Both the position numbers and the translations under genes were made by a program. 64,000 nt of DNA. Source: Leucoraja ocellata. Its lineage: Eukaryota. Location of the stretch: contig JAWMAR010000148.1 of NCBI GenBank assembly GCA_036785375.1, positions 1,364,001-1,428,000 of the forward strand, given 5' to 3'. The notes under the pieces are model-generated. The model was not told the DNA's origin, searched no databases, and worked only from the letters and a program-made list of their open reading frames with translations. Shown one piece after another: positions 48,046 to 62,419 of this stretch (the first letter of the stretch is position 1; each line of letters starts with the position of its first letter).

Positions 48046-50568
48046 ATACAAAAGTATTCTCTACACTTCTTAGTATCCTGCTATTTATCCTGTATTCCTT
48101 TCCATAGTTTGTCTTTCTCAATTGAATTACTCCACATTTCTTGAATAAAAGTACTGTGTTTGCTATTTTTTTCAATCATCTGCACCTCTTCTGTGGTTAA
48201 TGGAGATTTGAAAATCTCTGTCAGAGTTCCAGCAATTTCCGTCCATGCCTCCCATAGCTGTCTGGTTTATATCTTACCAGCCCCTAGGGATGTTTCAACC
48301 TTCAAGCCTACTAAGACATTTAATACCTCCTCCTATTCAATGATAATTTGTTCTTTCTTGATGATGGTCATAATGGCAGTGTCTCTGAGGTTCCCAGCAG
48401 GTCTGTCCTTGTCTTGATGAGGGAGGCTATAAATCTGCTCCATAAGTTCCTCTCCACTAAATGCTAACACTTCAGTCAGGATACTTCCTGCTTAAGAGGC
48501 CTTTTTGTTTTTCTGTTGGCATTTGGAATTTTTAACCTCTTGCCAGTCAAGGGAGGAGATGAGGCCAGACTGATTCTGTGGGATAGAATTGAATGCACGT
48601 GCTTGCTCGTGAGCTAAGTAGTTCCCCTCAACCTTTCTCATGATGTGTTCGCCTGTGTATTTCTGCTTCATCCTTGCAAATAATCCCATTGACATTTTAA
48701 TAATATTGCACCAGAACTAATTACAGTACTCTGAGCACTGTTTAACAGAAAGTTGATGTAGGTTTTACATAACGTCTCTAGTTTGCAATTCTATCCCTCT
48801 AAAAATAAACCCTTGTACTTGTTTGCTTTTTTTATGGTCTTGCTACCATTTGGCACAGCTCCTAGTGACTGATGTGCTGTGGTGCAAGAACCCTTTGACC
48901 CACTACATCAATGCCGCCCCTCTTCTTCCAATGAATGTAACCTCCTTCATTCTTCCCACCAAAATGTACAAGCTCAAAATTCACCATGTTGAACTACCTT
49001 TGCCAATTATTAGCCAATTCTGTAAGTTTATCAATGTCCTCTGTAATTGTTGTATTCCTTCTCAGTATTGACTATTCTGCCACCTTTGGTATCATCTGGA
49101 AATTTACATATATGTTTTTAGATTCTTGTGTCCAAATCATTGTTTCAAATTCCAAACAGCAGTAATTCCAGCAGATTCCTGTGGGACACCATCACCACCT
49201 TCCACTCCAAGTGTCTATCCTTTGCTCTACTTTACTTCCTGTCATGAAGCAAGCTAGTAATATATTTGCTACTTGTCCCATGATTCTGCGTTCTCTATTT
49301 TAATTATTTTTTGTTTTCTGACTTATTGTGAGACATAAAGGGGCCTTTAGGCCTATTGAATCAATGTGGGCTGTCAAGCAATTCCATTGGCCCCATCCTC
49401 AGGACCTGTTGTATCTGGACTAAGCTCTAATTCAAGCAAGTCAATGTGACAGCTCATATGTAACAGCCACACCAAACTGAAGGAAACTACACTCAGCCAA
49501 TTTCCATCTGGAACCAACCAAACAGTAACAGATCTGAAACTTGATCTGCTATTATAGCCCAGCAACACAGACACTTTGACAGATTCCTACCCTGAGCAAG
49601 ATATAACAGCAGGAGATGCCCAACTTAAAAGAAAACAGGCACTGAGTATACCTTCTAGTAGAATCCCAGAAGAGGAATATCACCTTTTTGGATATCACCT
49701 TTGCCATTGAGAATGAGCACGTCGACATCTCAACAACACCTCCTGAGGAACTAACACCAAAGGAATCCAAAGGGGTCTAGAGTGTGTTCCATAGACCTTT
49801 ATGTAGCCTGATGAACAAAACTCCATGCTGTACTAAATTGCAACAAACTAGTGGTGTATGGTATTTCAGTAGAACCTCCATGCTCTTTCATTCAATGTTT
49901 GGCAAATAAATGAAAGAAACACATATGCCTTTTCAATCACCTTATCCAATGTCCACCCATTCTCCACCACTCAATATATCAATACTTATTTGTTGTACAT
50001 ACCTTTGCCTTGTTGCATTTCCCCAAATGAATTACTTCCCACTTCTTTGGATTGAACTTGATTTGCCATTTTTCTGCCCAACTGATCCATCTCCAATCTA
50101 GGTCATTAGGCAGGAACAGGATACTGATTGTGGATGATCAGCCATGATCACATTGAATGGCGGTTCTGGCTTGAAGGGCCGAATGGCCTACTCCTGCACC
50201 CATTGTTTATTGTCTAATGATCTATATCACAAAACAGACTCAATATTGAACTTTGTGAAATTCCACAGGTAATAACTTTCCACAAGCACCAACTCATTAC
50301 CCTGTCATAAGCATAAGTACGGTGAGGTACGTACAATGAAATTGTGTATTATTGAAATTGTGTATGTGCCTTATTTTGACAGGTTATTTTTACTGACTTG
50401 TACAATTGATGTAGAATGTATGTACACCTTATGTTTTGTGCGTTGTCTTGTGTCGATGTGCCTGTGATGCTGCTGCAAGCAATCTTTTCATTGTACCTGT
50501 ACCTCACCTCACTCGTGCACATAACAATAAACTCGACGAGATGCTTAAGCAAGTTGCTACCATTAACA

Positions 50569-50761
50569 CAAGGGTTCCCAACCTGGGGTAAATTTGTTGA
50601 TTCTGGATTTGTACATATTTTTTCTCATTGACTGACTGTGTTTGGTTCTGGTATACCAGTATCTGTTCATCATTAGTTGTTCATAAATAAGTGAAATAAC
50701 ATTGTTATGTGCTATTAAAGTTGCTAGGAGTAAACGAGACGTAAAAGGTTTGGAACTCCTG
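50569..50761. mobile_element. hAT-type MITE
   Basis: TIRs caagggttcccaacct / aggtttggaactcctg; perfect 8-bp TSD cattaaca (50561-50568 and 50762-50769). Confidence 0.85.
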
Positions 50762-52384
50762 CATTAACACATCAGTTGGAGGAAAAGCCCTAATGCAGGA
50801 GCGGGAATTTGCTACCAAGAGGCTTCTCTCAATAATCCATTGTCACCGTCTTCTTTGAAGGGATATTTTGAATGTGAAAATAAAAATAGCTGTACTGTTC
50901 TTCACAGGTGTACGTTTATATGTATGTGTTAACATTCAAGGAGAGGAATATTAAACTAGCATTTAATTCCCCATCTACATAGATCAACAAGTTAGTTCAA
51001 ATGAGTACTTCATAAAGACCTGCCAAAATGTTTATGTTTTCAAGCAGGGAATAAATGTCACTACAAAGTATAAAGACTGAAAAAATAAATGGTACAGAAA
51101 TGTTCCATATTAAAACCGCTCTGTAAATCTATCCAAGTATCGCTGCATATTTCCCAGTGGATGTTGACTGGCCTGCTATTGGTGCAATGATTTCCTAATT
51201 CAGTTTCCCCAGTGATTTAAAGGACCTCAGGTATGTTAGAAAAAACAACAGGAACATGCAAGTTATTGAATGGAGCCAGATGCTGCTGTCACACACACTC
51301 AGCAGTAAATCAAGGGCAAGAACTATAGATTGCATCAGTACATGATGAGTCTGGGAATATCAGGGAATTGTCTACCTGGGAATATCAATGTCATTTTTAA
51401 AACTGGGTTAAATTCATCAGCACTTCTATCCTATTTTTATTATCAACCTCTGGCCATTGATCATGCAATGCTCATTATGTTTATGTGAATGCATTCACAA
51501 TAGGAAATTTCCCCACCAGCACAAACAGAAAGATTGCCTCCAGTATTCAAGTCGTCAACTTAACAATAATACCTAATGTACCTCAGGAGAATTCTTAGAG
51601 AAAAAAAATCTTTGAGCTTTGTAGTGGCTATATCACTGGTTTCCAAGCTAACTAAATAAAATACCTCTAATGGTGATTCTCCGTGACCTGATCATCTCAA
51701 TCTTATCCACTCGAGGTCAATGTTGTGATGTGGAACGCAATGCCTTCAAGGATGTATGTATGGATTCAATAATGAATATTTGCATGACTTTTGGAAAAGA
51801 GCAGCAGTGAGGACAAACTGGACATATCTTTTCAAAGATCTGGTATGGATATAATGGGTAGAATAACTTTTCCATGTTCTTTATCATGCCATGATTCTAA
51901 AATCAATGAACAACGACAGAAGAAAAATAATTTAAGATCCCAACCCAAAATGTGGTGACAATTTTCCTCCACATCTGGTGCCCAAGCCGCTGTTCCTCCA
52001 GCAATTTTAAATTTGACAAGTAACTTTTAGAATAACACCTTAATGATCCAATAGGTTCTGAGAGTTCCAGCAACATCTTCTATCTAATATGATTAGTCCA
52101 TTTTGATATTTCTCCCTAAAATGAAGATTGGCACATGGTATAAAGATCTGCTGGTCCTGTTACAATGCTGGTGCCTTGTGAGTATGATATAGATTTTCTG
52201 GGAATGCTTTCAGAAGTGAGCAGTTACTTGGCCGAGCTCCTCGCAGTCTGTTCCACTTTCCCCTGCCAACCAGGTTTCAATATTACCCTTTTATTGGCCT
52301 GTTATTTATAAGGATCATACATAGTTTTCCAAAACCTTTAACAGCCCTGCTCCTCTGATTCTGTGCTAACACCATCATCATCAG

Positions 52385-52580
52385 AAGGTTTAGTCTAGAT
52401 TAGAGATTTTTTTTAAAACAGATCCTTCGGCCAACCTGACCAGCGATCCCGGAACATTAACACTACCCTACAGAAGGTTTATTACATTTCTTTTTACATT
52501 TATAACAAGCCATTAACCTACAAACCTGTACCTTTGGAGTGTGGGAGAAAACCGAAGATCGTGGAGAAAACCCACGCAGG
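52385..52580 (-). mobile_element. Partial V-SINE (HE1-like)
   Basis: ttaacctacaaacctgtacctttggagtgtgggagaaaaccgaagatcgtggagaaaacccacgcagg; another partial copy lies near 57740-57900. Confidence 0.7.
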
Positions 52581-53419
52581 CATTTGAATGTAATGACCTC
52601 ACCTATGCATTAAAGCTACACAGTGTCACAGAATGAGTTACTTTCTGACAGGAAAGGACAGAAAGAGCCATCAATTGTCCCTTTCCCCATTGTCCCACAA
52701 ACTTGTCTTTTCCATTATCATCCAATTCCCTTTCAAATATTATTATTGAACCTCCCATATCCAGGCAATATATGGAACATATTTTTGCATAGGAGACTCC
52801 TCACTTACCCTCTGGCTCTTAGTCAATTGTGAAATTCCAGTGAACACTTCACTACAAAGAGAAAATATTATTTTTGTTGCTCTTTCACAACCTTCCATCT
52901 AAGCAGATTGACCAGTACTCACACACCATGTCCATTCTTGTTGCCTTACTGACTTTTCCTCTTGCTATCTTGAATCTCTATGGATTACAAACAGCCAACA
53001 AAGTCAATTTGCAGAAAGAACTCATACGAGGTATGAACTTTATCTGAGGTACCCTCATGGACTGTTTCTCAAAACTCCCTCCCCTTTTTCTCAGCCAGTT
53101 CCTCAAGGTGAGAGTGACTTTTTTTACAAACCTGTTCTCTGGGTTCTGAAGTAACTGATGCACCCATAGACTCTGCCATAGGAGGGCCCATGTGCTTGAT
53201 GGGATGGGTGGATCAGCAGCTTTAGAGCTAGTGCACCTTTTCAGTTATTTACCTGAGCCTCTGGCAAAGCCACTCAAATAACGACAAAACAATACCCCAA
53301 TGCTCCTTCTCCACTTAGAATGGTCAGGGGACAGGGATTCCCAAGAGTCAGTGGGAATGTTACTCTTTTACGAGGAGGCTTTGAAACAATCCCTAATCCC
53401 TTGAATTATTTATTTATTT

Positions 53420-53880
53420 AATCAATCTGCTGATCTCTTTACATGGCAAAGCTTAGAGCAACTGGTTAAAGGCTGAAATCAAATATGCAAATGATGTGGC
53501 CTGCCCTTCGTAGCAGGATGTAACTAGGGCCACTAAGCTGGGGATATTTACCCAGTAAAGAAAACCGACATTGGTTTACTTGCCTGGCAGTGGATTTGCA
53601 AACCTTGGCGGAACTGCTCCATTGCTGACTGTAGGTTGTATGTATTTCAGAAGCATACAGAAAACTGGTGCTCACTACACCGTGGCTTTCTGCCAAGTTT
53701 GAGGTTTTGATTTTCACTCTACTCAGCAGATGCCAAAGGCGATGTTGAGTTTCATCCCTGATACCTTCCTCTGCTGTCTGGTGCCTCCCACAATATGCCA
53801 AATAGTCCATGTTTCGCCTGGCATATGTAGAAAATGGGATGAGATCTCACAATATGAATGTTGGGAGTTAGAAGATTATA
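53420..53880 (-). mobile_element. RTE-clade LINE fragment
   Basis: ...IRDETQHRL..., SFLYASE and LRRAGHII motifs. Confidence 0.6.
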
Positions 53881-53884
53881 AATC

Positions 53885-55070
53885 AGGATCTTAAGGGCTT
53901 TCATCTCAGGATCATTCCAGGTGCCATATGCTGGGAAGGATAAGGTTAAGAATATAGGGCAGATGAATGAGCAGTTGAAGAGCTGGAGCAGGAGGGAGAG
54001 GTTAAGTGTTTTGGACCATTGGGATATTTTTTGGAGCAGAGGTGAGCTGTTCAAGAGGGAGGGGAGAACAATCAAAATTCTGGTGTGTGGAGCTACACAG
54101 GAGGATTGAAACAGGAGTCCAGCAAGGGGCGAGACACACCCCTTAGTGTGGTAGATGAAAACATGAGGTAGATTTAGAAATTACGGCAGTCAAGAACAGT
54201 AGGCACAACAGGCAGGGGCAGGACAGGGTGCAAGAAAGGTTTGAGTGACTAAATTCCATTTATTTTCATGCAAGAAGCCTGACAGATGAACTCAGGGCAT
54301 GAATCAGTACCTAGAATTGTGATGGAGTCATAGAATAAGTGATACAGTGTGGAAATAGGCCCTTCGGTTTGATTGGGGAGAATATCACAGTGGAATTCCT
54401 GGGGGAATATCTATTGAGGCTATATGGATATAACTTTGATGAAGGAGGTGATCACTTTGAAGGGTTTGTACTCAGGCCACCCAATAGTCAGCAGGGATGG
54501 CTACGTGGAATGAGCTACCAGAGGAAGTAGTAGAAGGAGATACAAGTTCAATATTTAAACAACATTTGAACAGGGTGATGGATAGGAAAGATTTAGCTGC
54601 ATACGAGCCAAATGCAAGTAAATGTGACTAGCAACTTGGTCAGCGTGGATAAGCTGAGCCATAAGACTTATGGGTCTGTTAGACTGGAGGGCCTGTGTCC
54701 AAGCTGTATAACTTTATGACCCTGTGACATCTGAGGGAGGTTGACAGGATGGATGTTTCCCCTTGTGGGTGTTTAGTATTAGGAGATGTAGATTCAGAAG
54801 AAAGGTGGCCCATTTCAACTATGGGGAAGAAATCCTTCTCACTTGGGATTGTGACATTTTGAAGTTCTCTAGCCAAGAGGCAAAATCATTGAATATATTC
54901 AAGGCAGAATACGGCCGACTCGAACTTCATGGAAACAAAAAGGTGTTAGGAGAGAATGGGAAAGTATCGCTGAAATCAAGATTGGATTAGCCACCGTCTT
55001 ACTGAAAGGTGGAGTGGACTTGAGGGGCTGGGTGCTTGTTCTTACTCCAGTTTCTAATATTCTTATGATG
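53885..55070 (+). mobile_element. Mosaic of degenerate CR1 fragments (esterase ORF1 end, endonuclease, 3' ends)
   Basis: LKSWSRRERLSVLDHWDIFWSRGELFKREG, LRPPNSQ and CR1 tails. Confidence 0.65.
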
Positions 55071-56117
55071 CTATCATATCACCAACTAAATCAAGTGTCT
55101 ATTAAGACTTCTTCCACTTCAAATTGGATGATGAATCTGCACACCGCACCATAGACAGTGCTCACTTAATAAACATTGGCAGGAAAGTTGTAGATCAAAG
55201 CGTTCAAGAACTAATCCTGTTATAAATATCTTGTGTACAACAACACTGCCTTCAGAGTGCTTAACACAGGCCAGGAACAGACACATCTCCAAGGCACTCA
55301 CTTCTGCTTCTCATTCAAGCACGAAAGCCTCAGTGTGTTGACAACCTGGCTTCACTGCAGTATAAAGTGGAATGTTATTTTACTCCACACTTCAGCAGGT
55401 CTATTGAAACATCAACTGTGCAGGAGGATTCACAATTTGTTCCATTCTTTCTCAGCCATTTTCCATGGCAAGTTATTATTTTCAGACCTCACAGGGTATA
55501 ATATTTTCATTAATATTTTCCACCTTTGGCTGAAGTTTACGTCCTTTTAATATCCTTTTTTAAAAAACTTTTTTTTTTGTTTGGTGTCCAAAACCTACGC
55601 AATTTGTTGTCGAAAACCCGCACAAGCTGCCAGAGAAAGTAGGTACAATAACAACATTTAAAAGACATTTGGACGGGTACATGGATAAGAAAGATTTAGA
55701 GGAATATGGGCCAAATGCAAGCAAAAGGGACCTGCTTAGAGGGGGCATCTTGGTCGGCATGATGAGTTGAGCCAAAGAGCCTGTCTTCATGCTGTATGAT
55801 TCCATCATCATCATTTATTTTTGCCTCTAAAGCTCAAATGCTTCAAATGTGGCAGGACAATCTGTCAAAATATGTCTCTATTAACTAAACTTGCTGTGCT
55901 GAATATGTTTAATTCCCAGTCAGGTGCCTTTTAACTAATGTGCACTTCTATTAGAAACAGAATCTAATGACCAACTTACCCTGAAACTGATAAAGGACTT
56001 AAAATAAGTGTGAAATAACTTTGACGAAATCACAGGAGATGTGATCAGTAGCTTTTCCTGCAAATCAGCGAATATATTTCTGCAAAAGGATTGGCCCATC
56101 AAAAGGTTTGTCTGGTA

Positions 56118-56584
56118 CAGTAAATCCTTGTTATTACAGAACTTTTCATAATGGATTTTGATTATATCGGATGGACCTCACCCCCTGACCCGCACCACCA
56201 CTCCTGGCCGCTTCCAGGCTGGATTGCCATCGCCAGCCTATTCCTCGGCCGCGTCCAGGCCGCACCTGCTGCCGCTGTTGCCACTGCCAATCCTTACCTG
56301 CACTCAGGCCACCCGCAGGCCATGACTAATGACTCCGCCAATCCTCCCCTCAACTTGCTTCTATTCCAGGCCCAGTCCCAGCCTGAAGGGTCTCAACCTG
56401 AAACATCACCTATCCACGTTCTCCAGAGATGCTGCCTAAGATACTCCAGCACGTTGTGTCCTTTTGTGTATTAACCAGCATATGCAGTTCTTTGTTTCTA
56501 CTACTAACTCGATTATAGCGGACAGTTGGCAATAACGGACACTATTCCCAGCCTCATGTGGTCCATTATAACATGGGTTTACTG
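56118..56584. mobile_element. Tigger/pogo-like MITE with TA flanks, containing a Penelope-derived insert (about 56378-56485)
   Basis: TA|cagtaaatccttgttattacagaac ... gtccattataacatgggtttactg|TA. Confidence 0.7.
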
Positions 56585-59500
56585 TACTGACAACTTATTG
56601 AGGTTAACAAATTAACAGGTATAACTTTGCCTAAGATTTCCAAATGATACAAGGTGATCCTTCAAAGGTTATTGGAAGAAATATTGGCTGGGATGAAAGA
56701 TTGGCTGACTATCGGGAAACAGAGAATAAGGGATTTCAACTTCCCCAGTATTGACTGAGATTGCCTAGGTGCAAAAGGCTGCAAGAGATGTTTTAAAGAG
56801 TATCCAAGAGAGCTTTTTGGATGCCCTAACTGGAGAAGAGCATGGAGGTCATGGTATAACTTATAAAACATTTGTTAGGCCACAGCTGAAGTATTGTTTA
56901 TAATTCTTATCACCAGGTTATAGGAAGGATGTGATTGCACTGGAGAGGAAGCAGAGGAGATTTACCAGGATATTGCCTGGGACTGGAGTTGAATCTATGA
57001 AGAGAATCAATGTAGACTTGATTTGTTTCCTCACAAACAGAGAAGGCTGAAAGTTGACACAATAGTAATGGAAGTAAATTAAAGGAAAGTAAATTTCTCA
57101 CCAAAGGAAAGTAAATTATAAAGACAATCTAAGGAGGAATAGTTTAGTTGAAAGGGGAAAGACCTGGCACAGGGTACTATTGGAAATGTGAAATTGTCCA
57201 TTTTGGAAGATAAAAAAGAAACAAATTTTCCTCAAAGATGAGAGATTGCAGAGCTCTGAGGTACTCGAACCTGGATGTACTGTATAGGAAAGATCTCAAG
57301 TTTTATGGGATATCTTGATCGGCATGGATAAATGAGATCACAAGGCCTCTTTCTATGGTTATAACTATGAATCTAATATACATACAATATTAATAAGGCT
57401 AACATTTAAGTACAAGTAATCCAGAAGACTAACAAAATGATATTGTTTATTGCAAAGAGAATTGAATATAAAGGTAAGGATATTTCATATTTGCTTATGA
57501 CAAATAAGGAGGCCATAAGCCAGTTTGTACTGACTCTCAGAACATTCTAGTCAGATCCACACAGCCCTCATAGTCCAAAAAGGTTTCCACTTATTCTGCT
57601 GCCACCCTCCTACAATAGAGGTAACACATGAGACCACAATAAACAAACAAGCTGCCGGAGGAACTTGGTGGGATCAAAACTTTGACCATCCCTCCGTCTC
57701 CACAGATGCTGATTGACCTCCAGCAGTTTATTTGTTGCACTGGGGTAATTTACCTACCAGCATATCTTTGTTATGTGGGAAGAAACTGGAACATTAGCAT
57801 GCATTTGACTGGAGGAAATCCATGCAATCTCAGGAAGAAAGTGCAAAACTCCACATAGAAAACCTGAGGAACAGAATAAAACCATCTTACTGGAACTGAG
57901 CAAAACCTGGTTCATCAGAGCATTGCCTATTATGCTTCAGTTAGACAGCAGGCTAAGACCATGTCGTCAGTATTGTGTACAGCATTAGTCTCATTTAAAA
58001 AAGGATATAAATGTGCTGAAAACAGTTTAGAGATTTACGAGACTGACAGCTGGAATGAGATGGTCGTCTCAATGGAAAAGATTGCACAGGTTAATCTCAT
58101 ATTTAATGTAATTTAGAATAGTGACAGCATACTTGATTGAAACATATAAGATTCTGAAGGTTCTTGACAGGATGGATGTGGAGAGGAAAATAAGGTGTCA
58201 ATTATTTAAAACAGAACTGAATCAAATAAAAAATGCTCTCAAAGGGTTGTTTTAGGAACTCTATTTCCCTAGGGGCTGTGGAAACAGAGGTAATGAGAAT
58301 GAAGGGGTGCAAGACTGCAAAGGGTAGATGAGGACATGTTGAGTTACAATCATATCAGCCATGATCTTATTAAATAGTGAAGCAAGTTTGGGGTAATGAG
58401 TGGCCTCCTGTTCCTAATTCATATGTGTTGTATGTATACTTGCGAAGAATAAGCATGGGCTTTCTGCTTGAACCCTCCACACGTCCACCTATGATAGTGA
58501 TCCCACACGCTATCGTCAGGATGGACAGGACATCGATTCAATAGTGATGGAGGATCAGTATCTGTACCACGATGATGTATGATTCAGAGACAAGAACTTT
58601 GTATTTGCAGGAAATAAACTGCATTTTCTTGTTGAAAATCACATGACATTTACTTCCAATTTTCTATACTTTTAATTGGTCTTCAACCACACCACTAACA
58701 CATCATCCAGCTGAAGCCTAACCATTGATTTGTAAAACATTAGCATACGTCTCCACTTTTATTTGTTTTTGCCTCCAAGCACAAAACCCTCAATTATATG
58801 TCAATTCAATCATGGCTGTTGTTTAATTGAACTTAAATGAAGCATGTTTTCCATCTCCTTTTGCTTATGTTGCCTTAACCCAGTTTATAAAGCCTGCAGA
58901 ATTAAGCAGATTTCTCACCACTGTCCTGTCACAAATCCACTGGGAATGCAGCATAAAGCAGAGGAAATAGACTGTGACATATGTCAATGGTCCCAGACAG
59001 TATAGCTGACTTCCACACTTTAGTGGTTGTCTGTTCCAGATTGTGTTTCTTTTTTTTTTTGAGTGCTCCCTACCTCACCCCAAAAATACTTAATTCTGAT
59101 TTTAACATTGCAGCCATTTGTTCACACCCTTGTTTTGGTCTACATCTCCAAAGGAAATAGATTCTGTCTGTCTTCCCCGCCAAGGGTTCACATTATCTTA
59201 AACACCACGATTTCCGTTTTGTATAGGAAATGCAAATCTAGTCTGCGCAATCAATTCTCATGAGCTTACACTTGAGACTTCTGGGACTCCTGTTGTGCTG
59301 AAGCAAAGCAAGAATTTCATTGTCCTATCTGGGACATATGGCAATAAACTCTCTTGACTTGACCCTTGATAATGACATTTAATTATTGTGAATATAGAGT
59401 CGAATACTTTAAGACTTGCCATCCTACTGATGAATCTGTGCACCGTCCACTTTGTGGCCAGTATCTTCTTCCTGAATCTGGATGCAGATATCTGGATGGG

Positions 59501-59689
59501 GGTCAACTAATGTTTAACTTCTTTCTCATTGAATCCAAAAGTTTTCAGTTGAAGATTAATATTCGATTGGCATCTTGCAATTTTTTGTGCCTTCACTTGC
59601 TTTTAAAGGTAATGGATACTGAAAATGTTGCTGCTACTTCAGAATTCCTATTATGTTAAAAAAAATACATATGCCTCGATGGATTCTGT

Positions 59690-61700
59690 ATATCCTGTGA
59701 AGGGACCTTTTTCTCCTGAAAGTGGAGCCAAGGGTAGGGTGTTGAAGAAGAATTTTGGCCCGCTGGCATGAAGAGGCAGAGTAAACAGCCAGAGATTGTG
59801 GTTCACGTCAGAACCAACATGGGTAGAAATTGGGATGTGATACTGCAGGTGGAGTCTGGAGAGGTAAGAAAGTAATTCAAAGATAGGATCTTAATTCCTT
59901 CCAGTTCCACGTGTCAGCTAGTATGAAAATAAGATAAAGCAGATCAAGGCCTAGTTGGAGAGATGGTGTGGGAGGGAAGACTATATTCCTGAGGAATTAG
60001 AACCGTTTCTGGGGGAGATGAGATCTCCACCAGCCATTCGGATTTCACCTCTACAAGAACAGGATGCATATTTTGCCCGTACTATTGAAGAGGGTTTAAC
60101 CTAGTTTGGCTGCGGACTGTGAATAGAAGGTAGGGGATTGATTGAGAGGGTATTTAGGAAGGTAAAGACAATAGTTGCAGGACAATGCAGGTGTAACAAT
60201 AACCAGAGCATTTCAGGATTTCAGGACGTGTCAAAGCATGCAAGCATAAATGTGCATCTGCAAATACAGTAAGAAAAATAACAAGGTGAAGTCAAATGCA
60301 AAAAATCAAAAAGGAGTGGGGATGCCAGTCCACACTAAGTTAGATCCACATATGAATGGGGCTTACCTGTATCGGGAGCTGCTCCAGTACATCAAGCTCA
60401 TGGACCATACTTTGGACTTTTGTAAATGGCTCCAAAATATGGTGACTAATGAATGTATGATCTATGCAAAAAGAATTTCACTGTGCAGTGCATACGTGAC
60501 AATAAAGCACCATTAAACCATTGAATTTTACTGGTGTCAGTGAAAATGGAAATGAAATAATCATCATCATGCATTTATGAAAATGCAAGGAATGTGGTAA
60601 CTAAGGTCACAGATAGTATCAGAATATGATGTGGCAACGATAACAGAAATTTGGCTCATAACGAAGCAGAACTGTGCAATGGATATTTACATAGAGTAAG
60701 AATTTCTAAAATGTGGGATAATTTTCCAGGGCAAAATGTTCCTGGCCCAAGAGGAAGCAGCCGTGCTGGATCTGATTGTGGGGAACGAGCTGGGTCACGT
60801 GCATTAATGTTTAGTAGGGAACCCAATTATCTTGACATAGTAATCATGCCAATTTAAGGTTTAGGTTAGCTTTAGAAAAGGCGAGTGAGCAATCCGAAGT
60901 AAAAATAATTAATCACAGAAGTTAATATCAATGGGTTGAGAGGGGTGGGAGATTGCAACCTTCACGTGGTCTGCCCTGTTTCGACGAATGCAATCAACCT
61001 GGCATGCACAATCAAATAAAACAAGTTGTCTTACAACTTTAGGCTGTGCACGTCATACACAACAAGAAGAATGGGTTGAGAGAGGATCTGGCCCCAGTAA
61101 ATTGGAACCAAATTTGTACCAGAACAATGGACTGATTTAAGGAAGAGATGATTCAGATACAATTGAGGATAATCCCATGAGGAGCAAATAAAGAAAACAA
61201 AGCTCCCTTGGTAATGAAAGAAATACAAATGAACATAAAACAAAAAAGGCTGCATGACACATAGTTGCAAATACTAGCAAAAAACATGCAGATTATTGCA
61301 AAAGAACCTGAGGGGAAAGAAAACTAATGAAAGAGAAGTGAAGAGAACTAATGAGGAAAGATTAGCCGCCAAGATAAATGCACATCCAAAAATGTTCTAT
61401 AGACATTTAAATGGTAAAAGCGTGGCATAGGGAGGAGTGGAACCAAAATGGGAATTTGCACACGAATACCAAGAGCACTGTCAAATGAGCACTTTGTGTT
61501 AGGATACTTGTACGGTAATAATAAAGCATAGTTCAGACACAGGGTACATTAAAAATTGATAGCTTGGGAAGTATTAGAACAATTGGCTGAACTGAAAGCA
61601 GTTAAATCATTAATTAGGCAGATACAAATTTATCAATAGAGGCAGAGAGTGAATAACAGGAAGTGATGCTGAACTCATATAAAAGCACAGGTCTGGCTCC
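59690..61700 (+). mobile_element. Old degenerate CR1 (ORF1 esterase through ORF2) with nested insertions
   Basis: QPEIVVHVRTN, LERWCGRE and SRAGSDCG/LDL remnants. Confidence 0.55.
60943..61069 (+). mobile_element. Short retroposon ending in (AAG)n with 13-bp TSD
   Basis: aatgggttgagag is duplicated at 60930-60942 and 61070-61082; the body matches 24004-24143. Confidence 0.8.
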
Positions 61701-62419
61701 ATTACAGTGGTCTACGAAGCTAGAGGATGGGTTTGGGGTAAGGAAGAGATGTTCAGAGGGAATCTGAGCCAGTGGGTGATTGGAATGTGGAAGACACAGC
61801 CCGAGAAGGTAGTGAGGGAACTCTCTTTCATTTGATAAGTGTTTGAATCGTCAAGGCATAGAAGGCAATGGACCGTTATGGGATTAGTGTGAATGGCTGA
61901 TTGGGCCTGTGCAACCATTTGAGTCTGTGCAAATGTGAAAGATGTAAGTAGTTTATCCGAGGTTGTTCTTGCACTATTTATGATCACACTTACTCACAAA
62001 TACCAGTTATTCTTTGGACATTTGTCTTAACTGGATCCAATGTTAAACCTCACACTTCCCTGCAATGGACTTCATCTTCCCTCCTTCTCCTCCATCTCAT
62101 CTCTTCTCCCCACCGCCACTGCTCTTGCCCTTCCTCCCTGTCACTTCATTCTCCACTGCTCGGCCCCTTTTCTCTCTGGTCACTACCTTTTTCTTCACCA
62201 GGTTCTCTTGACCTCTTCACGCCCTCTCCCTCTCCAAACCAACTGCTCCTATGTACATGGCACTGTGTGTATATATCTACACATGTGTTCTTGTGTGTGT
62301 TGGTGTGATTATGGAAGTTACCGCTTGAACACTATTGTACAATTTGGATTTCAGCCACGTGGCCATTTATCCATGGAAAAAAGAAAACATTAGGTGGTTA
62401 GTTAATATCTTTTAACTGA

